Below are positions 63,142-64,000 of a DNA stretch of 64,000 nucleotides, one piece after another (the stretch's first letter is position 1; each line of letters opens with the position of its first letter). A program made the translations under genes and the position numbers. The notes beneath the pieces were generated by a model. That model was not told the DNA's origin and did no database searches. It was given only the letters and a program-made list of their open reading frames with translations. Location of the stretch: assembly GCF_009914755.1 (NCBI RefSeq), contig NC_060931.1. The stretch is one strand, 5' to 3'. Source of the stretch: the human T2T-CHM13v2.0 reference genome, Homo sapiens.

Positions 63142-63804
63142 TTACTAGAAGGGTCCAGACCAACACAAGAGCACTAGGAGCCAAAGATGAAATTCACAAA
63201 AGAGCAATTATGAGAAATGGGAGAAAGATGGAGGGACTGCAACATAGGGCTAATGGAAGTTTTAGAAAAACAGCAGAAAATCACAGAGAAGCAATATATG
63301 ATGGACAATCAATGAGAATTTTCAAAAACTAGGCTGGGCGTTTTGGCTCATGCCTATAAACCCAGCACTTTGGGAGGCTGAAGCAAGTGGATCAACTGAG
63401 GTCAGGAGTTCCAGACCAGCCTGGCCAATATGGTGAAACCTCGTCTCTACTAAAAATACAAAAATTAGCCTGGCGTGGTGGCGTGCACCTGTAGTCCCAC
63501 CTACTCAGGAGGCTAAGGCAGGAGAATCACTTGAACCCGGGAGGCAGAGGTTGCAGTGAGCCAATATTGTGCCACTGCACTCCAGACTGGATGACAGAGC
63601 AAGACTCCATCTCAAAAAAAAAAAAAAAAAAGGAAAAGAAAGAAAAAAGAACTAAAGAGTCATACAAGTCCTCAAATCAAAAACATACTCCAAGAACAAA
63701 CAGCATAAATTAATATGTCTATATAGGGTTCTATCATTATTAAACCACTTAAAATCAAGGATAAAGAGGAATTTTTTTCTTTTTTTTTTCTTTTTTTGAG
63801 ATAG

Positions 63805-63951
<147 letters not shown>

Positions 63952-64000
63952 TAATATTTGTATTTTTTTAGAGATGGGATCTTGCTATGTTGCCCAGGAT

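Overview
This is human (primate) genomic DNA, extremely Alu-dense. It is recognisable as a 'block A' segmental-duplication cassette of the 7q11.23 Williams-Beuren region, most likely the STAG3L2 - PMS2P5 - SPDYE12 copy (paralog assignment is from gene order and recollection, not alignment). A copy of the PMS2/AIMP2 bidirectional CpG-island promoter (~18.4-19.4 kb) faces two chimeric pseudogenes. On the minus strand, an almost intact copy of AIMP2 coding exon 1 (18577-18708) lies upstream of eight STAG3-derived exons (11010-16685); these are truncated at both ends, lack an internal exon block and carry an 8-bp frameshift. On the plus strand, PMS2 exons 1-5 (19129-26140) have intact frame and splice sites but ATG>TTG, E41K and D70G. 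The frame can continue through an exonised MSTA LTR (29192-29280) into a terminal exon antisense to the SPDYE 3'UTR (33883-~34055). A minus-strand Speedy/RINGO E gene has a fully intact six-exon, 265-aa ORF (34975-41589). The rest is Alu, MaLR LTRs, hAT DNA transposons, L1 fragments, a degenerate ERV1 provirus and microsatellites. The most interesting candidate is a potential AIMP2-N-terminus/STAG3 chimeric microprotein that keeps the LysRS-binding motifs of AIMP2. Most short ORFs in the track are Alu artefacts.
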